From: Euglena gracilis
Lineage: Eukaryota
Assembly (NCBI GenBank): GCA_039621445.1
Contig: CP154954.1
Coordinates: 43,937,847 to 44,001,846, forward strand
DNA length: 64,000 nucleotides
Direction of reading: 5' to 3'
Made by a program: the position numbers and the translations under genes. This document shows positions 34,800-48,561 of the stretch, one piece after another (positions within the stretch are counted from its first letter, which is position 1; each line of letters begins with the position of its first letter). Below the pieces are notes generated by a model that saw nothing but the letters and a program-made list of their open reading frames with translations, made no database searches and was not told the origin of the DNA.

Positions 34800-35169
34800 G
34801 ATGATGATGATAACAAATCGCTGAATCCAACGTAATTCTGTTTATCACCATATGACTGTCCAGCACTCCCAGCAAAATTGGTCCAAAGTGGCATCTTTGA
34901 TGGTCACACTCATGAAAATTGCCAAATCAAATTTGGGTGGATTTGAGGACAAATTCATGCGGGGGGGGGGTTGCTTTGGTGGGTCAGCCCAGGGTTATCA
35001 TTGGGGGTGGTTTGTTCATGGGGGAGGTTTACAAGCGGGGCAGGGTTCAATGGGCTCCGCCTTCTCCAAGGGGCATAGCCCCATTTTGGTTGGGAATGGC
35101 GCAGCCATTCCCAACCCCCCCCCCCCCCGCCAAGCCCTCCCCTTCCCCCCTCCGGGCCGGCCTGGGGGG

Positions 35170-38100
35170 CGCCCCACGCCTTCTTCAGCCGGGCCGCCAG
35201 GGAGCGGTACGCATCGGCCAGCTCGGCGGGCTCCAGGAAGCCGTCGTTCTCCTCCAGCACGTCTGCCAGCGCCGCCCGGCCCTCCTCCCCAGGGCTGGCC
35301 GGGACAGGCTGGGGGGGGGGGGCGCCGGGGCAGGGGGTTCGTACCGTTGTGGGGAGAAAGCACGGGGCCATCACATCACATTGGACCAAAACCCACAGGG
35401 AAAGATTCGGCAGTTCTCGGCGGGAGAAGGTCGGCATCGGGGTAAAAAAAAAAGTGATTCCTTTTCTTGGACCACTGGCCATCCAACCAGCGGGCATCAC
35501 TCAACGACCCTGGGGGGGGGGGCATGTGTGGGAATCCCTGATGGGGGGGTCTGGACCCCGCCTCCCAACACGGAGGGGGGGTTGGTCCGAACCCCTCCAA
35601 CCTCGAAACGCAGAAATCTCAGCGAGATAGGCATGCCTGGCTTTTAGGTTTGACAAATGCCACCCCACCACCACTTTTCCCGCTGTTGGGGTGCGGACCC
35701 TGGCAGGGTCCCCCCGACCGGCTCCCCCCCATGGTAGGGGGGGGGGGGTAAAGTGGCAGGGGGGGTCTGGACCGGCCCCCTCAGATGTTGGGAGGGTGTC
35801 CATCCCCCCACCCTCTCCTTGGCCGGTTCCAGAAATAATGAGCAATTTTCGGTTTTAAAAAATCGGGTTTTTTTTGCATGACTGGCAGTTTTTGGGGCAT
35901 TTTTTTAGTTTCGATTTTTTTTGTTACCCTCTCCGAACGCCAACTGGGCCAGTTCCAGCCGAGGGTGCCTGTGGGGTCAGCCCAGTCCTTTTCCAGCCAG
36001 TCCATTGTCGACAGGTTTTGGGCAGGCACCTATGGCCACTTCCCATTTTGGTGCTCTGGTCGGCCCTGGTCGGCCCTGGTCGGCCCTGGTCGGCCCTGGT
36101 CGGCCCTGGTCAGCAAATAGTTGGCCATAGGTGGGGGTATCCTTCACAGAAAAAATGTGAAGGGAGGCAATGGTTTTCTGAATTGTCTCGCCAAGATCAA
36201 AAGGAAATGCCCCATAAGGCCTCCATTGGCAAGCACCTTCGGTCACCCACCCCTTTGGGCCCCGCATCGCCATGCATCGCCCTGCATCGCCCTGCATCGC
36301 CCTGCATCGCCCTGCACCACCCTGGAGCCATCCAATGGTGCCCTATAACCGAAGACCAAAATTCAGGCACACAAATACAGCAGGGGCACTGGAAGGGTAC
36401 TGCAAACACGACCACCTCACCCTGCAGCACCCGCAGCTCCTCCAGCCGGTCCCACCGCTGCCTCACCAGCAGCAGCAACCCCTGCCAGTGGTGCTTCTCC
36501 CGACATCGCAGCTTCCTCCACTGAAGGAGAGGACGCTAGTCAGCAAAGGCCTTTGGGGGTCACACTTCCCGGGGGTCCCGCTTCTTGGCCTCCAGCCAAC
36601 CTTCCTCGACATCCAACTCGCGACTTTGTGTATTAAATTCGCGGCTCGTTGGATGCCAATCCTTCCAAAGGAGCAGTATGAGCACCCTACACATGCGCAC
36701 ATGCGCACCCCACAAGCATTCTCGGATTCACATGCCCTACAAGCATCCACGGATGCACATGATTATGCACATGCCTACAACCCCAACTACAGTCGCCCGT
36801 TTATCCCACAACTTAAGATTCCCCCCATAACCTCCCTCTCTCACCAAAGCATCCACTCCAGGGAGTCACTCAGGGAAGGCCAGACGGGCCAGGGAGGAAC
36901 ATCGTCGACTCAGGTACGAAGCAAGCACCAATGTGGAGTCTGCACGCAGGTATGCAGCAGGGGCACGATACCTTCGGCTCCAGGGGAGTCACACGCCTCC
37001 CGGAGGGGGACAGAGAGGTCCAGCACAGCAGCAGAGGCAGAGGCATGGGCAGACATGAAGGGCATGCTGGAGTGGTCTGCGTGGGAGGGAGGGTGTACCC
37101 AGCAGTAGGGGCCCAAATATGGACCCCACTTCAGCCATCCAACAAAAAAGCATCGCCCAGCATCGGAACCCCACCTCTGTCTCCAAAAATCCAGCATCAC
37201 CCAGCATCGCCCAGCATCGCCCTGCATCGCCCAGCATCATCAGAGGTGCTTGTTCCAGAGGGAAAGCTGCCGAATTCCTTCATCCATTCCCCTTCGGTCG
37301 GCCAACCACATGCAAGTCGGCCCTGGTCGGCCCTGGTCGGCCCTGGTCGGCCCTGGTCGGCCCTGGTCGGCCCTGGTCGGAACCCCCACCTACGGGGGTC
37401 CTGAAAATCATAGTCGCCCCTGGTCGGCCCTGGTCGGCCCTGGTTGGCCCTGGTCGGCCGTAGGTGCCTGGTTTTGGGCCTGGCCAATAAACCAAACATT
37501 CAACGGTGCGCCTGTGGCCAAACCCTGATGACAGGGAAGGTGGTTTTCATGGCTGGGGAATACCCCCCTGACATCAGGATGGTTTTGGGTTCGGTGGACA
37601 AGGACTGTTGAAAAATCCCTGTTTTCCCCGCGTTATTATTTTGTGGAAAACACTTAAAAAAACACACTTGGCTGGACCCAGGTTAAGCAACGCCCTGCCA
37701 TCCAAACGTAAAAAAAAAGTGTTTACTGGACCCCTTTCGCCTGAGGGCGGTGTTTGAAGAGCGCTGTCCTGATCAAAAAAAGTGCAGTTCCGGGGTTCCC
37801 GGTCAGCCCTGGGCCTCCCCGAAGGCCTTCTTCGCCTTCAGGTTGCCCTTCTTCTCCATCCCCTCCCAGAACTTGGAGGGAGGGCCCCCGCCGCGGAAGG
37901 CCAGCTGCCCCCCCCCCCGTCCGCAACTGCAGGATGCAGGACGAGGACGTGAGGACTGAAAAAGGCGACCCGCCCCCCACCCCCCCCCCACTGATGGGTT
38001 GGCTGATGTGGGTCCATAGCGGTCCGCATGCCCGTCCTCGGGACCCAATGCCATTTCAAAGTGTCCGCCGGGGTTGGCCCCAACCCCTCCCCCACCTCCA

Positions 38101-38705
38101 GCGGGAGGGGGCCCTCCGCGGAGCCCATCAGCGCGGTGCAGAACGCCGGGACGGTCAGCGCGTCCCCGGCGGCCAGCGGGCGCAGCGCCTCCAGCAGCTT
38201 CCTGTCCCAGCCGGCAGGGGTGTCCAGGCCGGTGTGCTCATACAGGTCGACGGTCGGCCCGCCGGTGCCCGGGTGTTCCCCAGGTCCCCAGCCCCTGCTG
38301 CGTGAAAGTCTTGTGTCGTGTGCCGTATGGCCAGGCACCGATGCACGAGGTTGTCTTTCATTTGTAAACAGGGGGCAGCCTGGACGCACCGCACCGCACC
38401 GCACCGCACCGCACCGCACCGCACTGCACCGCACCGCACCGCACCGCACTGCACCGCACCGCACCGCACCACACCGATTGACCACATGCGGGTGGTCAAT
38501 CACGGGAGGTTTGGCGGCCGGATGTCAGGGTGGTTGGGCCAAAATATGTTTTTTTTTCTGATTGGACCGTGGCCAGACGCGGACCAAACATTCTCGATCT
38601 TGTGGACCCTGAACATCGTTTTGATGGCCCTGGCCAACCCAGCAGCAACTGCCTGCTGGCGTTGCATTGCGCGCTTTCCTTTCAATTATCTGCATCTTAT
38701 GGTGT

Positions 38706-38760
<55 letters not shown>

Positions 38761-39330
38761 ACGCGCGCGCGTGTATGTGTGTTGGTGTGTGGCGTGGCAT
38801 GGCGTGGCGTGGCGTGGCGCGATGCAGTGCAGTGCGATGAGGTGCAGTGCCGGTGGGAAATCACAGGTTGGTTTGTGGGATATCGGTTGTGGGTGTCCAC
38901 GGCCCAACCAAAATGGGTGCTTTCCACGGCCCAACCAAAATGGGTGCTTTCCACGGCCCAACCAAAATGGGTGCTCTGGTTGGGCCATGGATGCATAGGA
39001 CATGACAAAAACAAATTTATAAGGTACTTTTTGGGTTCAAACATTTGAACCCATCCCAGTGAACATCGCTTCTGCGGGGTGCTCAGCGAACCCAAAGAGC
39101 AGTTGGGGTCGCCAGGGGTTAAAAACATGGTGGACCCAAATGAGAGTCCCCCCATCTAAATTACCCTGGCGGTTTGCTAAGCTACAGGGTCAAGTTGTCA
39201 CGAGACAAAGGCGGCCCAAGTCTTCCACGATGGCCACAGCCTCCTTCACGGACATCTCCTTTCGCTTCTCCACGTCATACTTCTTGAACGACTTCTTCAG
39301 GTACTTGCTGATGGATGAGCCGCTGTGCAG
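35170..39330 (-). CDS. Upstream minus-strand exons (~35170-35290, ~36420-36520, ~37812-37905, ~38097-38260, ~39200-39330) with EF-hand-like segments; possibly the N-terminus of the CEP19-domain gene
   Basis: Coding-like GC3-rich islands: KYLKKSFKKYDVEKRKEMSVKEAVAIVEDL, WDRKLLEALRPL, FWEGMEKKGNLKAKKAF, LLLVRQRWDRLEELR, LADVLEENDGFLEPAELADAYRSL. Joins not all resolved. Confidence 0.55.
36058..37460 (+). repeat. 10-bp minisatellites (GGTCGGCCCT)n at 36058-36112 and 37316-37460, and (GCATCGCCCT)n at 36263-36315 and 37190-37237
   Basis: Directly visible tandem units. Confidence 0.85.
38385..38472 (+). repeat. (GCACC)n pentanucleotide repeat
   Basis: Directly visible. Confidence 0.9.
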
Positions 39331-39543
39331 GTCAGCCCCAGGGCAGAATGTGGGGATTCAAAGCACCCATGCCCAACGCCGAGGCCACACAACATGGGGT
39401 AGCACGCTGTGTTGGGAGGGGGGGATCCGGGGGACCCACTCAATTTCCCCCCAAAATGGCCAAAAAATCACGAAAAATGCTAAAAAAAAATAGCACTTTT
39501 TAATAATAAAAAAATCGGCGCCTTCGGCGCCGATAGGCATATC

Positions 39544-39994
39544 CAGGGGGGGGGGGGAATGCAACTTGGCCCTTCAAATTATGCAAGTCAAAAAAATGCA
39601 AAAAAATGCAAAAAAAAATGCAAAAAAATGCAAAAAAAATGCAACTTGCATGAAAACCTTGAGAAAAAGCTGGAATATGACAGAGCTTTGCTGCCTAAAA
39701 TCAAAAAAAACCAGGGCAAAATATTTTATGCAAAAAAACGCAAAAAAATGCAAAAAAATCCAAACGTATGCCAACCAACTACAAAATTTTTTTCAAGGGC
39801 AAAATATTTTATGTAAAAAAATGCAAAAAAAAGCCAAAAAATCCAAACATACGGCAACCAACTACAAAAAAATTTTCCAGGGCAAAATATTTTATGCAAA
39901 AAAATGCAAAAAAATGCAAAAAAAATGCAAATTTCGGGAAAACCTGATTATGCAAAAAATGCAAATTATGCAAGTTGCATTCCCCCCCCCCCTG
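39544..39994. mobile_element. CAGGG..CCCTG MITE with a 7-bp TSD (P-like)
   Basis: TIR cag(g)n aatgcaacttg / caagttgcatt(c)n tg. Flanks gcatatc/gaatatc. Confidence 0.7.
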
Positions 39995-42080
39995 GAATAT
40001 CCCCCCCCGGGGGACCCATGCCCAGGGGGTGGGTGGGGGGGGACCCCCCGCAGTCTTAAAAAAAAGCCCTGGTTGGGAGGAGGGAGACACTGATGCAGCC
40101 CTGCCTCAGGTCAGCCAGCGACATCGTGCACGGCGGAGGGCGGCCCAAACGAAGCCGGGTTTAATGTCGATATCTGAGAACAGGAAGGCGGGATGGATGA
40201 GGGGTGGGGAGGGAGGGTTTTGAACTGGCAACAGCGTAGCACAGGATGCAAAACTGATGGCGTTGCATTTCTGTTATGTCCGGTTCCTCAGACCCAAATC
40301 TCTCTGATTCCCAGAACGTGGAGAGGCAGGGCCAAAGTGGTTCAAAAGCACACACGCACACACCCCAGGGACTGGGAGGCACAGAGACTTGCTGAGGACT
40401 CAGCAATGGTTACACTCATTTGCGGGCGACACCTTCTGCATTCCTGGGATTGTTTCACTCTGAGAATGCTGGATTTCCAGGCTGACTCTCCGGCTGGGTG
40501 CTGTGGAAACGAGGCAGAAACAAAGGGGAATGGCCCCCCCCAAAATTGAAGCAGAAGATTGTCGCACAGAGGTATAGCACAGTCAAATCCCACTGTCTTC
40601 AACACCTACAACGCCAACAAGAAAATACCCGCAATCTTCACGGATCTTCACGGAAGCGGCAGAGCAAGGAAGAATGCGACGGACATCCATGTGCAGCTGC
40701 ACACTACACCGTAGAGCAGAACTGTTCACTGTCCCCCTCCCTGCCCCTCTGACTTTCCTTTTCCTCCCTCTGGTAAAGGGAGCCGATGGAAAGAGGGGCT
40801 AGGGACAGGGCTGGACGGGAAGATTTGGTGTTGGACCCCCCACCACCATCCAAAACAGTGCAAGCAAACTTTCCTTTGGCGCCGAAAGCTTTGAAGGAAA
40901 AAAGTTTGATATGGAAATTGGTGCCCCTGGGGAAAAAAGGGGGGGTCCCACCCACCCACCCACCCGGGGGGGGGGGGGTCCCACCAACCACGATGACAGA
41001 ATGAGGGCGGGGGGGATGCCTACCCCGCATGGGGTTTCTTGGTTCCTCGTCCAACTCTGGCTGGGGCACGGGTGATGTCGCCGCAGGAGGGGAAAAACAC
41101 CCTGCCGGGAAGGGAGGGCCACACAGCGCCGGCTACGGATGCAGGCCAGCCCTGCACCCCGCTGCCAGCGCCCGGACCAGATCGGTGCATCCGGACGGGG
41201 CGACGAGGTCCGCACCTCCATCCTTTCTCCGCAGTTGCACATCGCACAACAATGGCAGCAAAGAAAACGAAAAGTGCCGGGAATAAGTCCAGAACTTCAA
41301 AACATCCATTTCTTTTTTGACAGGCAACCAACAATGAAGACCACTCAAACCCTGGGGATGCCTGGCCTCTTGGGGTGGGTGGGCGGGCTGGGTTGATTCT
41401 CAAAATGGACGGCTGGGGTCAGGCCTTCATCCCTTTAGATGCACTTCATCCCCCTGGGGGTGCAACAAATTCCATCCAGAACCAGAGGCAGACGTTTTCA
41501 AACAAAACATCACACGGTTTCCAGCAGCAGGCAGGGGTACCAGCTTGGCCTGGTCATGTCTACGGCCCCGCAATGGCGGTAGCGCCGTGACTGGGACTGT
41601 GGGCTGTGGGCTGTGGGCTGTGGGCTGTGGGCTGTGCAATGGAGGCGGGCCCCACATGGATCGAGGAAGTGCCCCCCACCCAACCTGCGGCACACACCGG
41701 TGCCTGGGGGAGAGGAACAGACCCCCCACAGTGGTGCCCACACCGGACGTCCTGTGAACAGAGGGAGGGGGCTAAGCAAGCAAGAAAGCAAGACAAACGT
41801 CGGTGGCCAGAGGTGGCCAGGAAGGATATAACATGTAACTTGTAACTTGTATAACAGGTCGGAAGACAGCGGTCCTGTTGCTGCCAGGGCACGGCGCGGG
41901 CTGGGGCCACGGCTGGAGACGCCGCGTGTTACCTTGGCGACGACTCCGGGCTGGTGCGAAATTGTTGAAACGGTCTGTGGACACAGGCAAGGGATTATGG
42001 GACAAGGTTGACAAGGCGTTCCGCCTGTGAAGCCAGCTGTTAGGTCACACACCCCACCCACACACAACCACACCCACATC

Positions 42081-42111
<31 letters not shown>

Positions 42112-42413
42112 CACACGCACACACATACACGTTCACACGTTCAATCTTTCCCATCTGCTTTAAGAAGGTGGTTAGGAATTCCCCCTGCACTGCATTTCAC
42201 ACACTTGCCAACTATTTGGCGCCCCAGGGGGTGCGCAAGTTAGGCCTAAATTAGGCCGAACTCCAAACCCTGAACCTGTTCCATCAACAATGCATTTTTT
42301 TTGATCCCCCTGTACCCACTGCTTGGCCCCCCCTGGGGGGGGGCAAGTAATAGGCAGCTGCCATGTTGTATACATTACATACCATGTGTAATACATACAA
42401 TATGTTTATGTAT

Positions 42414-42461
<48 letters not shown>

Positions 42462-43449
42462 TGTATATATGGCAAGACTAACTCACTGCCCCCCCCCGGG
42501 GGGAGGGCCCAGTGGTTTAACCTGGGGGTGGGGGTCCCGCTTCTTTCACCACCTCCAAATTTTGGTTTTCGCGCCGCGATTTGTATGTATTCCCATTGAT
42601 TTTGGGGTGGGGTTCGGGTTAAAATAAAAAATAGGGTTAGGGTTACGATTTAGGAAGAAGTTAGGCCTGACCCATCGTCGACAACAAGGAGAGATGGGAG
42701 GCTCTCTTTCCTGAGGGACTGAAAAGGGGGTGGGCCCAGGTTGCTGGGCGGACCGCAGCGCGTGTGGCAAAGGGCCAGAGGCCAAAGCGGCATGGTTGCA
42801 GCCAAAGGGAGGGAAATGGAGGCGGCCAGGAGTGACACTGGGGTGTGACATATGCTTGGCATATGCCGTGCTGGGTGAACGACCGAGCGACGCGGCTCTC
42901 CAGTCAGTTGGGATTGTTTGCTGCCATTTTCCTACCTGTGCAGAGTGCCATCCACCTGTGAGGAGGTGCATGGTCAGCAGAACCCACTCTTGCATGCTAT
43001 ATGTACATATACATACATATATGTATATGTGTGTGTGTATGGCAGGCGGGTAGCAAGCCCCCCGGCGGGGCCCTTGCTGCTCACGACCCCCCACTGGGTG
43101 GTTGGAGTTACTGATTGCTGAAGGGTTAGGGTTAGGACTGGCTGGCCGGATTTCTGCCCCCGCATGTGAGACGCGTATCCGGCCTCCCTGCCGGATAACA
43201 ATGCCTGCATCGCAAATCCTAGCACCCGCCCTATTCCTGTCACTCCAAAGGCTAGGAGGGCTCAGTCCCCAAACCATTCGGCGGGCTTTACTGCCAACCT
43301 GCCACCTTTGGGAATCGCGCGGCCGAGGCAGGCCAGATGCGCGTTTCACGCAGGGGGAAAGAATCCAGTCGGCCGGTCCTAACCCAAACCCCTGCGCCTT
43401 CAGTAAGCAGTAACACCAACCACCCTGCTACGCCTGCCCGCCTACGAAG

Positions 43450-44310
43450 CATACATACATACATACATACATACATACATACATACATACATACATACAT
43501 ACATACATACATACATACATACATACATACATACATACATACATACATACATACATACATACATACATACATACATACATACATACATACATACATACAT
43601 ACATACATACATACATGCATGCATACATACATGCATACATACATACATACATGCATGCATGCATACATACATACATACATACATACATACATACATACAT
43701 ACATACATACATACATACATACATACATACATACATACATACATACATACATACATACATACATACATACATACATACATACATACATACATACATACAT
43801 ACATACATACATACATACATACATGCATAAATACATGCATGCATGCATGCATGCATACATACATACATACATACATACATACATACATACATACATACAT
43901 ACATACATACATACATACATACATACATACATACATACATACATACATACATACATACGGCAGCTCCCAACTATAGGGCCCCCCCCCAAAAATCGTATTT
44001 TTGTGTTAATGATGGAATAGGGTTAGGTGCGCGACTTAGGCTTAGGGTTGGCCTAACTTGTACACCTAACACCCGCCTATAAGTTAGGCCTAACCCTAAG
44101 CCTAAGTCGCGCACCTAACCCTATTCCATCATTAACACAAAAAAAATATTTTTTTGGGGGGGCCCTATAGTTGGGAGCTGCCATACATACATACATACAT
44201 ACATACATACATACATACATACATACATACATACATACATACATACATACATACATACATACATACATACATACATACATACATACATACATACATACAT
44301 ACATACATAC
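43450..44310 (+). repeat. (TACA)n microsatellite interrupted by a hairpin element
   Basis: Directly visible. Confidence 0.95.
43959..44182. mobile_element. Palindromic GGC-terminated MITE with telomere-like motifs
   Basis: ~105-bp inverted arms with a ~15-nt loop. TTAGGG-like motifs in the left arm and CCCTAA-like motifs in the right. Confidence 0.75.
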
Positions 44311-44961
44311 ACACACATACATTCATACATACCCCCCCATCTTGCCCAACGATCACTAAATATCGCTACTGACCGGGGGGGGGGTCGCTATTTTGGCCAA
44401 ATATCGCTACTGACCGGGGGGGGGGGTCGTTAGACAAGACCGGGGTCAATTTTTTTTCTCCCGCTTCGTCCCAAGGTGAACAAAAGGTGAACAAAATGGC
44501 CAAAAGTGGTCAAAAGGGGGGAAAAAGTGGAGAAAAGCAGTCAGAAATGGCTTAAAATGGCCTCAAATGTGCAAAAAAAAATAGCCAGATGCAGCCAAAA
44601 ACTGGTATAAATGAAGCAAAAATGCATCCAAAGCAGCCAAAAGTGGTTTAAATTGCCAAATGCAGCCCAGAGTGGCCAAAAGTGGCCGAAAGTGGCCAAA
44701 AGTGGTCGAAAATGGCCAAAAACATGGCCAAAAAAAAGCCAAAAGTTGCTGATTTGCATGAAAACAGGCAAAAAAAAGAATAGAAGTCAACTGCACATGG
44801 GATACTAGTGGAAACTTGTGAAAATTGCAAACGCGAACGTCTGGAAAAAAAGATCACCTGGAAAAAGACTGCTGCTGACCGGGGGGGGGGTCGTTGGACA
44901 AGGCCGGTCGTTGGACAAGGGGGGGGGGGAGGTACATGCACACATACACATACACATACAC

Positions 44962-45195
<234 letters not shown>

Positions 45196-45870
45196 ATGGC
45201 AGCCGTGTTTCCCTGGCGCGGTGGGCCCGAAATGTCGAAAAGTGGGACCCGGGTCCCACCATTCGACCCTCCCCCCCCCCCCTGATCCAACTGGTTTCCG
45301 GGCGACGGATTTGGAGAGGATTCCCGCTTAATTTTCGGAATAGGATTAGGGTTAGGATCGGGCCGAGAATCGGCCAAATTTGGGGCAAATGAGGCCGGAA
45401 GTTAGGTCCCCCTTTCGGAAGATTTTTGACACATTTTTGTCTAAAAATGTTCGAAACTAAATTCGGCCCGAATTCGTCCGGACGGCGGCCTAACTTCCCC
45501 AAAATGGGTGCCCGACGGCCTGCCGGCCGTAACTCTAACCCCATCCCAATCAATAACCCCAAATTTCTTCGATGCTCGGTCCCGGGTCCCACCATACTGT
45601 ACGACCCCCTCCCCCTGCTCCAATTAAACGACCTGCGGGCTGTTTAGTTGGAGGCTGCCACATACATGCATGCATGCATGCATACATAAATACAAACATA
45701 TATTGCATGGTATTTATGGCGCCTGTCCGGGGTTTGGTGAGGGCGGTCCGCAGCTTGCATGTGTGGGATTGTCATTCAGGTTGGGTTGCTTGCTACGTCC
45801 TTCGTTGCACAAAATGCCAAACCCCTGCAGAGATATCGGTAAATGCATAGGCCCAAAGATGGACGCCGGC

Positions 45871-46312
45871 CAGGGTTCGATATAAGGACAGGTGGGGGGG
45901 GGGTGGTCCGGACCCCCCCCCTGCGGGCCAGGAGGGGGGGGGGGGGGGGGGTGGGGGGGGGCCCCCGCCCGCACCTAAACAGGTGCGCGGTCAGGGTGGC
46001 CGAATTTTCGGCCCGGCGCGAAGCGCCGGGCCGAAAATTTTTGACCCCCCAAAACGACCAAAAGTGCCATTTTGGGCACTTTTGGGGCAAAAATGTGCCA
46101 AAAATGCAAAAAATTTTCGTCGCGAAGCGCCGGAGGAAAAATTTGACCCTTTTTGGGGGGGGTCAATTTTTGCCCCCGAGGGTCGGTCCGGACCCCCCTT
46201 GCAGGTGGGGGGGGGGTGGTCCGGACCCCCCCCTGCGGGCCAGGAGGGGGGGGGGGTGGGGGGGACACCCCCCCCACCTAAACCATGTACGCCCTCCTTA
46301 TATCGAACCCTG
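45871..46312. mobile_element. hAT-like MITE (CAG..CTG, 8-bp TSD)
   Basis: TIR CAGGGTTCGATATAAGGA / TCCTTATATCGAACCCTG. TSD ACGCCGGC at 45863-45870 and 46313-46320. Empty site at ~52597. Confidence 0.88.
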
Positions 46313-46782
46313 ACGCCGGCACCACGGGTGTGAATGACTCAGGTGCTCAAACTTAACTTGAGTTTGTTCATGAGGACATGTAATATGAGACGAACATGGC
46401 AGCTGGGTTTCGGGTGGGGTTGCTCTACAGCAAAAGACCACAATTTATTATGGGGCTAAAAATTTTGGCCAATCGTTCGCATTTTCGAGGCTGGGCAAGA
46501 CCATAAAAGCAGGGGATCGGGATACTTCAGGAACGTGCGCATGCCAAGTTTGCCACGTTCTTCCCTTGCTCCCACTTGTGGCCAGCACTGCACCTGGCGG
46601 AGTGGGTCACCTGGCTGTCGTAGGAGGGGAGTCGGTCGGGGGGAACACGGAGCCGGAGCAGACCAAGCAGCTCACAAACCCATCCTGGTGACCAAGGTCA
46701 GGGTCCGGCAATAGGGAGGGGGATGCTGAGGGGGGGGGAAGATAGCGCACACCCACCCACCCACCCACCCACGTAGACACAT

Positions 46783-46832
<50 letters not shown>

Positions 46833-47171
46833 CACACGCACACACATACACATGACCCATCGTCGACAACAAGGAGAGACTGGAGGCTCTCTGTCCTGAG
46901 GGACTGAAAAGGGGGTGGGCGGACCGCAGCGGACCGCAGCGGACCTGCTGGGCGGACCGCAGCGCGTGTGGCAAAGGGCCAGAGGCCAAAGCGGCATGGT
47001 TGCAGCCAAAGGGAGGGAAATGGAGGCGGCCAGGAGGGAGTGACACTGGGGTGTGACATATGCGTGGCATATGCGGGGGTTGCCGTGCTGGGTGAACGAC
47101 CAAACGATGTGGCTCTGCAATCAGTTGGGATTGTTTGCTGCCGTTTTCCTACCTGTGCAGAGTGCCATCCA

Positions 47172-47885
47172 CAAGGATGGATATTGATATTGGGTTGGGT
47201 GGGGGGTCCCGATAAAACCCGATTTTTCGACCCCCCCCCCGATATCCACGATAAATCCGAGGAAAACCGATATGGAGGAAAATTTTAGGCCAACCTTGGG
47301 GCATTTTGGGTCATGAAGCCACTATTTGCTCATTTTCCAATCCACTTTGGCAATTTTGGGTCGTCTTGCGCTCCTTTTGGGCAATGTGGGCTATTTTTGG
47401 CTTTTTTTTGGTCCATCAAGGGTTCCTTTGGGCCACTTCTGGCAAGTTTTGCAAATTTGGGCAATTTTAAGCAATATTCAGGCATTTTGGGCATTTTTGG
47501 CCATTTTTTTGGCTTATTTTTTTTATGTGGGTCCATTTTAGGTCAATTCAAGCTATTTTTGGGCCGGTTTGGCCCATTTTGGGCCACTTTTGCCCTTTTT
47601 GGCCACTTTGCAATATTTTGGCCTGTATTTTTGAACATTTTGCGGTTTAAATTCTGCATTTGGGTTGGTGATTCCTGATTTGGTGCTGAACTCCCAACTT
47701 GATGACATCGATACTTTTTTTCTTCAAATTTTGCTGTTCGGAGATTCCTAATTTGGTTATAACAGGGACCAAAACCAAGGGAAAAGTGCATGAACCCCCC
47801 AATAAAGCCGATATTTTTTTCGGACCCAATATAATCGATAATTTCGATAAAGCCGATATGGGCCGATAACCAATATCCATCCTTG
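47172..47885. mobile_element. P-like MITE (CAAGG termini, 7-bp TSD)
   Basis: TIR CAAGGATGGATATTG. TSD ccatcca/ccgtcca. Empty site at 42945-42960. Confidence 0.85.
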
Positions 47886-47944
47886 CCGTCCACCTGTGAG
47901 GGGGTGCGTGGTCAGCGGAGCCCACCCTTGCATGGTATATATGC

Positions 47945-48439
47945 GGCAAAGCCAATTCTCTGCCCCCCCCCCACCCGGGGGGGCCAGTGGTTGTACCTAC
48001 TGGGGACTTCGGCTGCCCAGGTGAACTACTGGGTCCCCCACATTTTCCCAGGGAAATCCGTGCACCGGAGGAAATTTTTTTTGAAGATGGAGCAGGTTTT
48101 GGGGTTAATTTCCGGAATAGGATTAGGGTTAGGGTAGGGTTAGGGTTAGGGGTTTGGGGTTAGGGGGAATTAGGCAGTTCGAGCAAATTTCGGCCCAGTT
48201 TCGACCGAATTTTAGGCCGAATTTTGGGCCCCCTTTTTTCATCCAATTTCGACCGAACTTTTTTCCGGAATCGTAACCCTAACCCAAATCCAAATCCTAT
48301 CCCTACCCCAAAAATTAACGGAAACACTGTACATCGCGAAACCCAAAAATTGGAGTTGGTGAAAGAAGCGGGACCCCCACCCCCAGGTTAAACCACTGCC
48401 CCCCCCCGGGGGGGGGGGGGGCAGAGAATTAGCCTTGCC
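47945..48439. mobile_element. GGC-terminated MITE with internal (TTAGGG)n-like tracts; relatives at 42471+ and 45198-45659
   Basis: ~55-bp TIR ggcaaagccaattctctgcccc / ggggcagagaattagccttgcc. TTAGGG run at 48120-48165 and CCCTAA-like run at 48274-48310. AT-repeat flanks. Confidence 0.75.
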
Positions 48440-48561
48440 ATGTGCATATATATATATATATATAAACATATATATAGAGTATATGTGCATATATATATAT
48501 ATATATAAACATATCTGTACATGTATGTTTTCTATTATTCATATGGCAGGCGGGTAGCAAG

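Noticed and set aside
48120-48165. TTAGGG run as a telomere or chromosome-fusion scar
   Set aside because: Short, degenerate and enclosed within a TIR element.
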